In this document: positions 29,770-44,817 of the stretch, piece after piece | Layout: the number at the start of each line of letters is the position of its first letter | How positions within the stretch are numbered: position 1 is the first letter of the stretch | Assembly (NCBI RefSeq): GCF_009914755.1 | Contig: NC_060945.1 | Reading direction: 5' to 3' (one strand) | From: the human T2T-CHM13v2.0 reference genome, Homo sapiens | Length of the DNA: 64,000 nt | The notes under the pieces: generated by a model | What the model was told of the DNA's origin: nothing | Seen by the model: the letters and a program-made list of their open reading frames with translations, nothing else | Database searches by the model: none | Made by a program: the position numbers and the translations under genes

Positions 29770-29880
29770 CTGTCCCTAAGCATCTCATACAAAAATCCAT
29801 CTTTCTGAGCCTTTTTAAGAATTTTACTCTCTTCTTTACTTATTTTAAGTTTGTGGTCTTGGAAGCTCTGAAATTTCTTT
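29770..29880 (-). pseudogene. FRG1: FRG1 paralog exon 8 ([37 protein letters not shown])
   Basis: ttctttgcag acceptor, gtagct donor, 111 nt, open frame. Confidence 0.94.
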
Positions 29881-29977
29881 CTGCAAAGAAAATGTCTCCA
29901 TTGAAAAATACCTCAAACTGATTATACATATTTACTATTAAATTTATAAATACTGTTAATTTCTTTTTCACTTATTA

Positions 29978-30292
<315 letters not shown>

Positions 30293-30621
30293 CTAATTGT
30301 ATTTTTTTTTAATAAGCTGGAGCTTTTGAACAAGATGACCTTTGTGACCTCTCAAGAGGATGGCCACTCATTGACTGGGTAGCACAAGGCCCCACTTCTA
30401 TTAGGGCATGCTGGCTGGAGTCCCCTGTGTCCTGGCCATAGCACAGCCTTTGACTGGCATCACGCCCATTCTATGAATGAATAGAGAGATTGACTAACCC
30501 GAGTGACTAGCTTTGGGAGCTGGTAGGATGATTAGGAAAACAGAACCCTCAAGAAAAGAATTTAGCTCAGTGCTCTTTCCTAGAGGCTACATTGTGTTGC
30601 CTCTTCTTGTCCATCAGTTTT

Positions 30622-30778
30622 CATTTTTTCAGACAGGATCTTCCTCCGTCACCCAGGCTGGAATGCAGTGGTGATCAGAGCTCACTGCAGCCTTGAACTC
30701 CTGGGCTCAAACAATCCTCCTGTCTCAGCCTCCCGAGTAGCTGGGCCTACATGCATGCACCACCATCCCAAGCTAATT
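30622..30778 (-). mobile_element. Alu monomer (AluJ/FRAM-like)
   Basis: agacaggatcttcctccgtcacccaggctggaatgcagtgg. Confidence 0.85.
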
Positions 30779-30855
30779 AGATAATTTATTTTGAAAGCAC
30801 TTTGAGAAGCACTTCACTGTCAAATCTGTAGGTCTAAAAGGAGAAGCATACATAC

Positions 30856-30947
30856 ACATAATTGATTTCATGTTGTTTTACATTTCCTTTGTCCTCTTCT
30901 GGAATGTCATCTTTTTTCTTGGCTTCTCTTTCAGCACAGGATCTAAT
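30856..30947 (-). pseudogene. FRG1: FRG1 paralog exon 7 ([31 protein letters not shown])
   Basis: atctag acceptor, gtatgt donor, 92 nt, open frame. Confidence 0.94.
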
Positions 30948-32720
30948 CTAGATAATGGAAAAGAGAATCCAATGGGTTATATGTTTATCTTCCACCTTCC
31001 CCACTTTACATATCACATAAGAATATTCGAGATGATTTCTTATGCAGAAGAAAAAAATTAACTGAGCAACTATATTCAGAAAAAGACAGGATCTTGCTAT
31101 GCATTTTTACTTCATATATATATAATCTATATGAGTAAGGGCTATCACATGCTTCTTCCACAGTCCTTGTGTCAGAAACACTACAGATAAAATTATTTCA
31201 GAAATATTTTACACATCAGATCCTGCTAGACAATAAAGCAATCATTCATTTAATTTTGTCCTCCAAGTGAATACACCAGGATCAAATTATCCCTATAGAC
31301 AAGTGTTCATTTGATCAGACTGAAAGCTTAATAGCTATTTTACATTGCACAGACTATTATCAAAGTATTAAAACTTTTAACATTACACAACTTGTTTTTA
31401 ATTAATTGGAACCCACCTCTTTTACTGGCTTCTTATATTCTCCTAAGTTTGGATAGATGTTTACTATCACATGTCATAAGTTAATTGATCTGCATTCAAC
31501 AATTAGGATCGCCCACAGAACAGGCAATTGGCAATGGTAAGGACTCATGTCTCCTAAGGGATCTCTGTGGCCAGAGTCCAGTTCCAGGGCTGGTTAGAAA
31601 GTGATGACAAATAACGTCTTTGTGCCAATGACATCTTTGTGACAGTTTTGATTAGAGGGGTCCCAGACCTGAAAACATTCCCTGCTAGGGCCTGTAGCAC
31701 AATGCTACCTTTAGTAAGAGGGATCTGTGTTCTGGTAGATAAGGCAAGGTCATAAAGGTGAAGGGCTGACAGAGATTAGGAAAGCCTGCAATTAAATGGT
31801 ACAAAAAGAGTCTTAAATAACCACTGTTCAGAGCTTCCAAGTACTTGACTAACCTAAGAGACCCAGAAAACTTTGTATTTCATCTGAAAATTGCTTTAAA
31901 TAGTGAAAAACGCAATCTTTGTGTATCTTTGTATCTTTGCATAAGTGCAAAGCACTGCACATATATTTGCCATTGTTGCCTTCAATAACACTTTTGTGAT
32001 GATATCCAGATGAAAAATAATTTAAACATGATACAATAAAATATAAATAAATAAAATTAAATGTAAGTCACAAACCCATCTGCATTTCCTCAATGACCTG
32101 TTTCCTGAGAAGCAATGTGCTATGAAATACTGAGAGTGGCCTCTGGAGTCAGGTGGGCCTGGGTACACATCCTGTCTTACCACACCTTGAAATCACTGTG
32201 ATTACCATGAACTGACTGACAAAAACCACGAGGATGTAAGGAGGGTCAGAGGCTGTCTTCTTGTCTGTAAGGCTCAGCTCACATCCACCTCACAGGAGCA
32301 TTATGGAAATTCAAGACTACAACGCATGTGCTGGATGCATGCAACAAAAAAATATAACATTTCACTTCTCTAACTGTAAGAAAAACCTACATTTTAGATT
32401 GAAATTGTTTGGGCTTTAGATTTGAAATTATCTGAAATGAAGACCATTCTAAAAAGAAAATCAAACATATGACTGGAAATCTAACATGAAGCACGTACAG
32501 AGAATTGATAGATGCTTTTAAATTACACTGGAAGTAGAGAAAAATGTAACATTAATTTTTATGCTCTAATTATAAGAACGAAGGGCATTTTAGAAAAGGC
32601 ATTTGCCCCCTCTCTTAGAGCCTTCCACTCTGGCCCCCATCATGCCTTACAGAGCAAATCTGGGTCAGACTGGATGCAACCTGTGATTCCCAACAGAGAC
32701 AAACAAAGCAAGGTTCAGGA

Positions 32721-32926
32721 TGCTCAGTACTGCGATGGAATGCCAAGACACAGAAAAACCATGTGTCAAGAAGGGGGGAGTTATTCTTTAGACACATCCT
32801 GGTATATGTTTATCATTAAAGATCGGTGCATTTGCTCAGTACTGCGATGGAATGCCAAGACACAGAAAAGCCATGTGTCAAGAAGCGGGGAGTTATTCTT
32901 TAGACATATCCTGGTAAGATCAGTGG
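32721..32926. repeat. 112-bp tandem duplication; second copy has a short deletion
   Basis: tgctcagtactgcgatggaatgccaagacacagaaaa...cctggta at 32721 and 32833. Confidence 0.92.
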
Positions 32927-34238
32927 CTTTTGTGAGTCTAAAAAATTAAGCCTTAAATGTTTTCATCAAATTCCACTTAACTACCTGATTTATCTATGTT
33001 ATATTAACAGTATTATTTAGAATTTCACCTTGACATGAAGATGTCTGTGTAACTTTTACAATGATGTAAAACAAAGAGTAGGATTAGGGAGGGCACAGGC
33101 CACTGGTGCAATGGATAACGCGTCTGACTACGGATGAGGGAATTTAGCCTGGAATAAGGAACTTTTATTTCCAGCTTAGTGATGCACACAAATTTTAAAA
33201 ATAAAATAAAAATCATGTTTTATGTGACTCATGTTTCTCCTAATGCAAAGAAGACAGGTACTATTAATAAAAATATTTTTAAAATGTAAGGGCTAAGGCC
33301 CCAGAAGTTCTGCTATAATTTTTTATGTTTCATAGAGTGATTATCATCACAGAAGCTCAAGCATTATGTAAATACAAACGCGTATACCCCCACCTGGTAA
33401 TTCTGCTTCTGGAAATTTATCTTCAGGTCCACCCGCACATCTACAAATTGATGCATATTCAATATTATGTACTGCAGCACTGTTTATAAGAGCAAAAGAC
33501 TGGAAACAGCCTAAATTTCCATCTACAAAAGACTAAATAAATTAAGGTACATCCCTAAAATGGAATATTATGTGGCTGTTAAAAAGAGAGAGAGAGAGAA
33601 AGAGAGAAAAGCAAGAAAAAGAGAAAACTTTCTACATTCAAACTAATAGTAGAAAACTCTCCAAGATACAATTTTAAGGAAAAAAAAAATCAAAGTCGAG
33701 AAGACTATAGAGGAGGTTGCCTTTAGTGTAAAACAGTTGAAAATTATAAATATATTCATATGTTTATAAAGAAATTTTAGGAGGCTATAAAAAAACAAAG
33801 GGAAAGAGGAACAGGAGCTGGGACACAGGTGAGTAAGATGTATGGTAGGCATATGTCTTCATCTTCATATGCTTTTATTTAAAAATGTTGGACCACGTGT
33901 ACATGTTATCTATTTAAAAAATTAGATTTTAAAATACAAGCAAGAAAACAAGAAAATGAAAGCTTAAAAAGAGCATGTGGAACTACCAGAAAAAGATACT
34001 AATCCATGGAGATAATGGCAAGGTAGCTCCTAGATGCACTGATTTCTCTACCACATTGTATAAACAAGCCAGCAACTATGGGATTTATAATTTAAAATGA
34101 GTCTATTTGAAACACCACATTATAAAAAGCTATTAACTAAATCTTTAAAGTGACAGTAAATGATGACTTAACATTTTAAAGAGATACAGTCACATCGCAT
34201 GTGTGAATGCAGTCATCTGTATAAAATGTCATCAATAC

Positions 34239-34343
34239 CTTGATCATTTCTTCTTCTCCTGCTGTTTTACTTTTTGCTTCTATGTCCCCTGCTTCATTAC
34301 ATCTAATAAAGCAGCTATTTGAGGCCAACAAAGCCATTTTCCC
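34239..34343 (-). pseudogene. FRG1: FRG1 paralog exon 6 ([35 protein letters not shown])
   Basis: cacttag acceptor, gtattg donor, 105 nt, open frame. Confidence 0.94.
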
Positions 34344-36594
34344 CTAAGTGAAACAAAATAACAAAATAGCCATGAGGATACTTCTTGTGGAAGAAACATT
34401 AAGTGTTTAGATTGAATTAATTTTTCCTCCCTGCTTTAAAAATTGCAGAAAAGAACTTAGAGAAAAACCTGAAAAATATAATACAAGAACATATAGAAAG
34501 GGAAACCAAAATCACCTTTCATTTTACTATTCAAAGATTACCACAATAAACATTTGTAGTGTATCTTCCTAGTAGGACTAAAGTAGGATTGCTTCCTTTC
34601 TAAAAGATCTACTGAAGATAAAACTCATTTAGTTCTGCTTGGAAAATTAACTTTAAAGACAAGAACATAATTATGAATGCATACTTTATTCAAATATTAA
34701 CATTTTAAGTAAAATTTATTTTCTTCACAATTAGAAAACATGAAAAGGTATATACAATGCCTTTGGTGTTTTGAATTTAAGAATCAATGTCTGAGGGACT
34801 TTTTTGTGTGAAAGTAAATATTCATATACATTTTTAATTGTTTAATATTTGATGTATTACACTGGTTTCTATTAAACAAAACTTTAAAAACTGATTTTCT
34901 TGTGTATCTAAATCTGGGTTATAAATTTGGTTAGCTTAATTCCCGTAACAAATATAACATTTATTTATAACTGTATTTGGTTGATTCTTTTGGAAAACTT
35001 GTTATACCATAACATTTAGACAAAATATTTATAAATACAATGATTACAAAATATGTTAACCTTATATCACATCCAGTTAAAAACGTGCTGATAACATGGA
35101 TTTAATTTCTCAGTCAAGTCACAAGGGCTGGGTGGTCTCTCATCTGGATGGCTCCTGGTGAGCTCTGGAACACGGTGGTGTGGCCCAAGGCGATTTAAAC
35201 CTGTGTCACAGATTATTCAGCTGAGTCCTTTTTGCAATAGAGTTTTAAGACCTTCTTTCATTTAAATTTAAATTTTTGAAACTTAGCGTCCTTCCTAAAA
35301 ATAAAATAAAATGAACTTTCCTAAAGTGTTGTATTATTAGTACTATCTAAGTCATCATCCTGGCCTTATGAAATATTGGCATTTTCTACTGGTGTAACTT
35401 TTATTAGAAGCATCTCATCATAATAAGTAGGATCATCTCAAAGGGGTTGCAACACATTAGCAGGTAATGAAATCAATGTAGTGTTTCCTGAACGGTATTG
35501 GGTGGGTGGGGGGGAAAAGGAATACACACAGACACACAGAGAAAGGGGTAAAAGAGAATAAGAAATATCAAGGTGCATAACACATGGATAAGTAAGTATT
35601 GTTAAGTACAACTCTTGCTTCAGTTATACATATGTGTGTGCTGGGTTGCAATGTGAAAATGCATTTCTCAATGGATTGGGTCAAAATAGTTTTCAAGTCA
35701 CCGACTTAAGACTTTATTCTAGGGGATGAGGAAATTAGTCTAAGTGATTACCACTTTCTGGTGGGAAGTTTGTTTAATCTGTCATCTTAGAAAACACTGC
35801 TGAGTACCTATTTTCAGTTCATTATTGTATACTACCAAAGCTGCTACTCAAAGGCTGAACTTATCTTCTATTTGCTTGTTCTGCGTGGTGCCCACTGGTC
35901 CTTACTCTTTTTGATATAGTTATCTACTTTTTAAAGACAGTTTAGCACTCACATATTTTTGTTCAATCTTTCCTTCTCACACAAACAGAAAAAGGAAATT
36001 ATGTATTCTGTATCAACAAAGATTTAACCAAACATCCATATACTACAACTGTTTACTTACTAAAATTAAGAATTAGTATATTATCTTTTTTCTTCTAATA
36101 TTAAAACTATCTTTTCATACACTATTTTAAGCTTATGAACTGAAAGTCTTTTAGAGATAATTTACTTCAATGAACCATTATTATTTATATTTTATATGCA
36201 AATTGTCACAACTTGGTCTTAGCTAGCTCCACTGTTTGCTTACAGTCTGTAATGTTTCTGAAATCATCCATGATTTCTGCTACAAAGAAGATACTTAGGA
36301 ACTATTCTGTTTTCCTACTCTGTGACCTAAAATTGACTGGTTCTTCAATGGAAATGAGATCCATATCTAGGCACTAAGGGTATAGAGAAATAATTGTGGG
36401 CAAAAGTACTAATGCTATTTTTGTTGCACTACATTTTGAGATCTCTTTAAGGCTCTATGTTCTTAGTGGTTTATTCCAATTTAATGTATTATACTATTGC
36501 ATCCTACTTTTTCTTTTTAAATATATTATGATTGACTGTTACAGACTTTCTATTAAACTGACAGGAAGTTTTTATAAACAAAAACAGCACTTAC

Positions 36595-36709
36595 ATTTTG
36601 AAAGACTGGTTCCCATTGTTCTCTTGGTCCAATTGCATCTGAACGCCCAACAACAAGTTCATCTGAATTTATACCAAGATATTTTCCATAGCCAGATTTC
36701 AGGGCAATG
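36595..36709 (-). pseudogene. FRG1: FRG1 paralog exon 5 ([38 protein letters not shown])
   Basis: gtacag acceptor, gtaagt donor, 115 nt, open frame. Confidence 0.94.
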
Positions 36710-36852
36710 CTGTACATTAATAAGATAGATAAAAGTTAAAAACTGAGAGAAAATTAATTATAGGACATCAAAACAGGACATGTGTATGTGTGTAGGTGTG
36801 TACATATCTAAAGTTTCAGACTGGACATATTCCAAGAGTTCAAAAGATGCAT

Positions 36853-37152
36853 GTGGCTGAGAGGTAACTCACTCCTGTAATCTCTGTGCTTTGGAAAGGC
36901 AATGGGAGAATTGCTTGAGGCAAGAAGTTCAAGATCAGCCTGGACAACATAGTGAGACCCCATCTTTACAAAAAATTTAAAAAGTTAGCTGGGCATGGTG
37001 GTGTGCACATGTAATACCAGCTACTTGGGAGACTGATGCAGGAGGAGTGCTTGAGCCCAGAAATTTGAGGTTATAATGAGCTATGATCACACCACTGCCC
37101 TCCAGCCTGGGTGACAGATTGAGACTCTGTGCCTCAAAAAAAAAAAAAAAAA
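36853..37152 (+). mobile_element. Alu (AluJ-like) in FRG1 intron 4
   Basis: Diverged dimer with poly(A). Confidence 0.9.
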
Positions 37153-38502
37153 TCTACATGTGACTAGTTGTTGCCATATTGGACTGTACAGTTTTAAATT
37201 TAGTTTTATATTTTGCTTTTTTAATAAAAACATTGTACCTTTATTACATAACAAATATTTTCAAAATTCATCATTCTTCAATTATACCTCTTTAGTTATA
37301 AATTTCAATATTAAATTACTAAAACTTTATGTCATCAAACTGTTTTCCAGAAAATGTTGCTTCCATTTACATTCTTACCTCAAATTAACAGAGTATGTTT
37401 TGTATCATGGATTTTTTTTTAAACATTATGACTCTAAAAAAATACTTGAAAACCTGATATGGAAAAAAACAGTATCCTATTAATTTGCATTTTAGTAGTT
37501 AACTAGAATAACAATTGTTTTTCTTTTCCTTTCCTTTTTAGTTTTTAGATTATCTGATAATGTCCCTTGTCCATTTTTCTATTCAGATCTGATTGTTCGC
37601 AATTTTTCTACTGGGGTCTTCAGTGCTATGAATTTTATACAAGATACATATGAAGAGTAAGAACTCACTGCCTATTAAGATTGTTGCAAATATTTTCCTC
37701 ATTTGTCAGTTAATTTTCTTTATAATCCTTTTTTGTTTATAATTGTAAAGCAGTTTAAAACTATTGAATTTTTCTTCCTCTGCTTTTATTCTGTCTTTCA
37801 CCCTACTTATCAGACTTTCAAGGAAAGTATAGAAATAATCACCTTAATGTGATTTTTTTAAAATTATGATTTCTTTTACCTTACCAAGAATCTCCTCGGA
37901 TGCCAGAATTGACTTTTACTCCTTTATACATTAATGATTATATAACAGAAATCATTATCATGTTGATGTAACCAATTACTAAAATATGTAAATTCACTTT
38001 CATTATCTTTTACCCAAAGAATCATTCTATACTTCTGCACAAGGTGAGAATAAAAAAGGCTACTTTATAAAATGACTGTAAAAATAGTGAGTAAAAATAT
38101 TCTTTTGGTCGTTATGATGCTGTAACATTCTCTGCTGGTTTCAACAATATTAATTTTTTTTTAGTCTTCCTTTTTGTCTTTAGACTTCCAAACAGTGAGT
38201 TTAAATATCATAGCAACAGTGAACCAGGTTTTGTACAAATTGATTTATTTTTTAATCTATCTTATTTGGTGTGTGAAATTATTTATCTTCATTTTTTAAC
38301 TTACATATCTTTTTTCCAGCCTAGCATTATACATTGATAGGAAATCCACTAAAAGTAGATCACAAAATCTACTTTTCAAAAAAGCTATTTCATTTTTTAT
38401 ATCAAAATTACCATAGGCTTAAGATAGATACTAAAGTTTTTAATGAATACAATTAAATTTTTAAAATAACTGGTTACTAATTATATTACAATATAAGTTC
38501 AC

Positions 38503-38560
38503 CTGGAATCAGATAATTTGACAGCCATAAACTGCTCTGGAGGACTAGGGCCCTCATCAA
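38503..38560 (-). pseudogene. FRG1: FRG1 paralog exon 4 (VDEGPSPPEQFMAVKLSDS)
   Basis: caatag acceptor, gtgaac donor, 58 nt, open frame. Confidence 0.93.
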
Positions 38561-39340
38561 CTATTGGAGAAAAAACATTTGAAAATAAATTTGACATTTG
38601 CTATAAATATAAAGATATTATTTTGCTTTAAAAAATGTGGCTATTTTCTTCTTCAATTAAATGTAAGAATATTCAGATATACTGATGTCACTGCAATACT
38701 GTATCTTTGGAATCAAGATCTATTTTACCTTCTTTTAGCTACAGTGTTAATTTTATACACTGAGTAAGACAGGGTGATATAATGCTTATTTAATAACTTT
38801 CAAGATAGCTTCTCTTTATGTTTTAAAATACAGTCATAAATAAGCACTTATTTAAAAAAGCTAAATGCTTTCATTTATTCAATGGATGGCCTTGCTGATG
38901 AAATGATACTGCTTTTTATCTTCTAATTACTTCGTATCTCATTAGTGTTTCCTCTAATGGGCTAAAGAAAATGAGGAAACTTCAAATTGTTAAATTCACC
39001 CAGGTTAGTTTTGGTAATAGGTCTGAATAAAAAAGAAATTCAAATATGTTTGACTCAAATAGGTTTTCTTTTTTCTTTTCACTTACTATTTTAATTATTC
39101 ATATTGTTTTGATTTCCAAAGATACTCTTCTGGAACTATATGGAATGTTTTCAAATGCTTATATTAGAAAGAGGGACTTGCCAATGGCTGGTAAATATTA
39201 AGGAATTAAAAAAATGGAAGAGTCTAATGCAATGGTTCCATTCCTTTGGAAAATGTTTGAGACTAGTTAGAGTTTGGCCTAAGTGAATGAATGTCCTAAA
39301 ATCTACACTTGTGGCAGGATCTTCCCTTCCAGACACAAAC

Positions 39341-39463
39341 CTTTGTGTGGAGCTCCCAGGGTAAAAAGACCATTGTTGAGTGCATGTATATAGGTTCCCT
39401 CATCCATTTCAATGGCAATGGTTCCTGAAATTTCACCAAAGTTTGTTACTGTTCACCAGATTC
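39341..39463 (-). pseudogene. FRG1: FRG1 paralog exon 3 ([40 protein letters not shown])
   Basis: tttttag acceptor and gtttgt donor. In-frame TGA at 39453-39455 replaces Trp. One codon shorter at the 3' end. Confidence 0.93.
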
Positions 39464-39794
39464 CTAAAAAATAAAAATGATATTTCAATTTTATATTTTA
39501 GTTTTGACACAGAGTTCTTTGTTATTATAACTTAGTTTTAAAAACCTTTTATTTTGCAGTCATAAGAAATACTACGAAGATCTCACATATCTTTTACTCA
39601 CTTTGTCTCAATGATAACATCTTGCATAAGTATCATACATTGTTAGAATAAGGAAACTGACATTGATATAATCCATGAAGCTTATTCAGATTTCACCAGT
39701 TTTACATGTACTTGTTTGCATGTATGTGCACAGATTCCTGCGACTACCAGCACAGTCAGGATTAGGTTTTTAAAATACACAATAGCAACATACA

Positions 39795-39965
39795 GCCAGG
39801 CATGGGGGTGCATGCCTGTAATCCCAGCTACTCAGGGAGCTGTGAAAGAGGATCACTTGAGCCCAGGAGTTCAAGGTTATAGTGAGCTATGATCACGCCA
39901 CTGTACTCTAGCCTGAGTGACAGAACAAGGTCCTGTCTCAAAAAAAGACCAAAACAAAACAAAAG
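39795..39965 (+). mobile_element. Alu right monomer/FRAM
   Basis: gccaggcatgg...gaggatcacttgagcccaggagttcaagg, A-rich tail. Confidence 0.85.
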
Positions 39966-40112
39966 GCAACATGTGAGGGTACAAAGTGATATATGGAGAA
40001 CTGTCTCTCTTCTGATAGACCCCAGCCATCTATTCATGCCTGCTTTCCAGAGGCAATGCCTATCATAATGCTTCTTAAAAATGCCTCTACAGGAAGACTT
40101 TCTAGCATAGTA

Positions 40113-40409
40113 ATTTTTTTTTTTTTTGAGATGGAGTCTCGCTCTGTCGCCCAGGCTGGAGTGCAGTGATGTGATCTTGGCTCACTGCAACCTCCACTTC
40201 CTGGGTTCAAACAATTCTCTGCCTAGCTTCCCGAGTAGCTGGGGTTACAAGAGCCTGCCACCATGCCCGAATAATTTTTTTTGTATTTTTAGTAGAGATG
40301 GGGTTTCACCACATTGGCCAGGCTGGTCTTGAACTCCTGACCTCGTGGTCCACCCGCCTCTGCCTCCCAAAGTGCTGGGATTACAGGTTTGAGCCACCGC
40401 TCCCAGCCA
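40113..40409 (-). mobile_element. Alu (AluS-like) in FRG1 intron 2
   Basis: poly(T) then gagatggagtctcgctctgtcgcccagg; TSD ~agtaat. Confidence 0.94.
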
Positions 40410-41042
40410 GTAATCTTAACTATGATTTTAGATTCAAAGCAAAATGAGCAGAATCTATGTCTATGTATACTAATGTCCAATTTGCCAATAGAAATGTTAG
40501 AGTCTAGAAACCATTATTTTAGCAGTTGTTATAAAAGTTTATATCTTAATGTTAAAAAATATCCTCAAAACTCTTCCTAAATTGTACTTTAACTAGAGTA
40601 GAAATGAGTCAATCATTAAATGGATATTACATATTAAGGAATTCTTGTTAATTTTACAAGGTCTGATAATGACATAGTATAATATATAAAAGTAAAGAAC
40701 AAAACAGGTGATGAGAGAAAGACATACCACGTTAAGAAATGTACATTTATGTACTTATGGGTAAAATGATGTAATATCTGTGATTTTACTTAAAATTTTC
40801 TAGGAAAAAAGTGTGTGGGGGTGTGTATGTAAATGAAACGAGATTGGCAAAATATTGATAATTAATACTGGGGCCTGGGCACATGGGGGACTCATTATAT
40901 TCTTCTATGTATGGATTGGTTTGCATATTTCCATAATAAAAAGGTTTTAAAGATTCAGTTTATTCCACTGCACAAAACTTTCTATTCAACTAAACATTTC
41001 ATGCTTTTCATAGTCAATTTTAAAATACATAAAATTTTAGCT

Positions 41043-41735
41043 AAAATGAAGTTGGACCCTTATCTAACACAAAATACAAAAAGTAACTTAAAATAGACAA
41101 AAGACCTAAATGTAAGAGCTAAAGTTAGAAAACTTTTAGAAGAAAATGGGAAAAGCTTCACGACAATGAATTTGGCAATGATTTCTTATATAGAACATCA
41201 AAGGCACAGGCAACAAAAGAAAACGTAGACAAACTGGACTTCATCAGAATTAAAAATTTTGTGCATTAAGAACCACTGTCAACAGAGTAAAAGGCAACCC
41301 AGGGAATGCAGAAAATATTTGTAAACTACAAACATTATAAGGAATTAATATCCAGACTATATAGAGAACTCCAGAAAGACAAATACCACAATTCAAAACT
41401 GGGCAAAGGATATATACGGACATTGCTCCAAAGATGATATTCAAATGGCCAATAAGCACTGGAAAAGACGCTCAACATCACTAGTCAGTAGGGAAATATA
41501 AATCAAAACCATAATGCAATACCACTTCACACCCATTAGAATGCTATTATCAAAACAAACAAAAAACAGAAACCAAGAAAACCAGAAAAACAAATGTTGG
41601 GCAGAATGTGGTAAACTGAAACCCTGTGCAATGCTGGTGGGAAGGTAAAATGGTGCATGTATTTAAATGCCACTGAAGTGTACACGTAAAAATAGAAAAA
41701 CTGGCAAATTCAATATTCTGTATATTTTACCTCCA
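41043..41735 (+). mobile_element. L1M(B)-type ORF2 3' fragment
   Basis: aaatgaagttggacccttatctaacac...aaatcaaaaccataatgcaataccacttcacacccattagaatg. Confidence 0.8.
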
Positions 41736-42634
41736 CACACACACGAAACCAATGGAGAAAAAGAAAATTAATCAAAATTAAAATTTCAGCTCAAGACGAT
41801 TAGAAAGCAAGAAAACTAATGACAATTTAGATGATTGAGTTATAGCTACAATTGTTTTCAGTAAAAGAAATAATGCTTTATTCAGAATCATTATGAACAG
41901 TGTTATGATTAGCAAGTCTTTCCTATAAATGTAATAGTTAATAATTTTAAATTAGTTTTATTTTGTATGTTCTATGCCACGTTCACCAAGTACACTTAAT
42001 ATTAAATAAAATCATTTAAATATAATATCTCATTAATGTTTTTCAAATGAAGAAGAAATTTCTGGCAGACAAGCTCCTCAAAATTTTCACCCTCTGTCCA
42101 AGTAGGGAAATGATACAATAACATTACTTATAATATTGTTAACTGAAAAAGAAATTACTTTGAGCAGATGCCAGTATTTTTTCTCAATGGGATTTCAAAG
42201 AATAAGAAACCTAAACACAGTATCATCAAGAATTACATGTGAGCATTCTGCCTACTTTCTGCAAGTGGCCTACATTCAACCTTTGGAGGTATGCTTATAC
42301 GATTAACGACTAAAGTAACATAACATGATACTTAACGATGCCACTTGGGGATTTTAGCTGTGAAAAAGCAGTGGATCCTAAGAACAGTGGGCACTGAAGT
42401 TGCCTGTCTCTATGTCAGGTGACAGCTCCAGCTGTGTATATGCTGCAGACACGCAAGCTGAATTTAAGAGAATCCGCTCTAAAACATTACTTGCTATTTA
42501 GACATATGCTTAAAGTTATTTCCTTTTAAACCTTAGGCAGATGGTGAAATATTCCCACTGGGTTGTCTCACAATGCATAACAAAGCTTTTCACATATTTT
42601 CACATAGTTGAGAATGTTTCCATATGTCTGGCAT

Positions 42635-42914
42635 GTTTGTAATCCAGCACTTTGAGAGGTGGAAGCAGGAGAATCACTTAAGCCCAGGAGTTCAAAATCA
42701 GCCTAGGCAACAAAAGGAGACCCCCATCTCTACAAAAATATTAAGAAATTAGCTGGGTATGGTGGTACAAGCCTGTGGTCCCAGCTACTCGGGAGTCTGA
42801 GGTGAGAGGATTGCTTGAGCCTATGAGGTCGAGGGTGAACTGAACCACGATCATGTCACTGAACTCCAGCCTGAGCAACAAAGCAAGAGCCTGTCTCAAA
42901 AAAAAAAAAAAAAA
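42635..42914 (+). mobile_element. Alu (AluJ-like), slightly 5'-truncated
   Basis: tgtaatccagcactttgagagg...poly(A). Confidence 0.9.
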
Positions 42915-44459
42915 GTCCCGATGCACCAGTGTCATGGCTGATAAGATACTCCCAGGGCACCCTCATTCTAGCATCAAGGCTGTGTGACAGCTCACCTTAC
43001 CTTCTGACTAACCCAGTGCTTCTGTGCTAAGGGCCCCCTTAAAACTTTACCTTCATTATGTTCTTGGCACAAAGGAATGATATATCTTAGATTTGGAAAT
43101 GGAATTTTCTTCCCAATCTTACTGTAGTCTAAGTACCCTTCACAGACCTCCTATTAACCCATAGCTTACTTAGCTTTAGTTCCTGGGTAAATCAAATCTG
43201 TGTTTTGCAAACTGTGATGTTGTAAGTTCAATTGCTTCTGAATCTAGCAGAGCTCAGTGAAACTCTTTGCTTACAGACATGCTCATTTTTATTAATGTCA
43301 CACATGGTATTCTCCATGTTAGAGACAGAATTTCTTTCATCCTATTTACCAATCCCTTCAGATCCTTGTGAAGAACCAACAGAACAGCTTTAAAAAATTA
43401 AAAGGTTTTTTTCTTTCCCTTCACAAATAGGCACATGCTTACTTATACAGCAAGTTTAGAAAATCCACAATGCAAAAGAAGGTGGAAGGACAAAGAGAAA
43501 AAGGTGCAGAAGGACTTCCTCTTCCAGCCAAGATGGACTTGCCCTCCCACAATGACCAATGAGAAAACTGAAACTGGATAGAATATTAGAGAGAACTGTT
43601 TCCAGGGATTGGAACACAGGCAGAACAGGACTGTGATATTTGAGAACAGGAAAACACAGGAGGCAAATCTCACACATACTTCTGTTTTCTGCCCAATGGC
43701 AGTTTCTTGACCATGCAGAGAGAGGTAGAGACGTCCAAAAATGAGGCAATGCCACTTTCTCTAAGCTGAGAGTCTTGCAGTGCTAAGGTGTTTGGAGTTT
43801 ATAGAATAAGGTACTGGAGAAGAGGGAACTACATACAGGTGAGGTCTCAAAAGAGTATGCAAAAGTTCTCGGCAGGTCTGGGGCCAAGGGCTGGGGGGAG
43901 TGCATAGAGCAGGCAGGCTCCACAAGGCCTCTGCAGAGTGGCTGGCACTTCTGAGGGCTGACTGGAGATGCCAGAGATCACACAAATTTGGGACATAGCA
44001 GAGTGGAGAGAACTCACAAAGTATACCTAGAACATGTGGCTGAGGGCCATGAGGATGAATCTTTCCTAGAGTAAGAGTCACTGTCTAAGTCTACAGGCAA
44101 AAATCTAATAAATAAGCACAAACTAACAAAGGCCCAGGTTTGACAGGAGAAAAAGGGTGGTCAAATAATTTAACTAGGCATCAAGACATTTAACAGAAAT
44201 AAAGGTTAAAATGTTATGAAAATGAAAGACTGAATTTATAAGGAAGACTTAACAATCCTAAATGTGTACACATGACAGCTTCAAAATACTTTAAGCAAAA
44301 ACTGCTCAAGTAGACAGATCTAGAATTACAGCTGGAGATTTTAACATAACTCTCAATACATTGTATGATGAGTAAAAAATCAGTAAGGACACAGAAGATG
44401 TGCATAGTCACAAGCTCCACCAGTTGATCTAATTGACATCTGAAGAACACTGAACCACC

Positions 44460-44817
<358 letters not shown>

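Noticed and set aside
32512-32949. 145-aa + strand ORF
   Set aside because: Intronic and antisense, lengthened by the tandem duplication, with no homology that I recognise.
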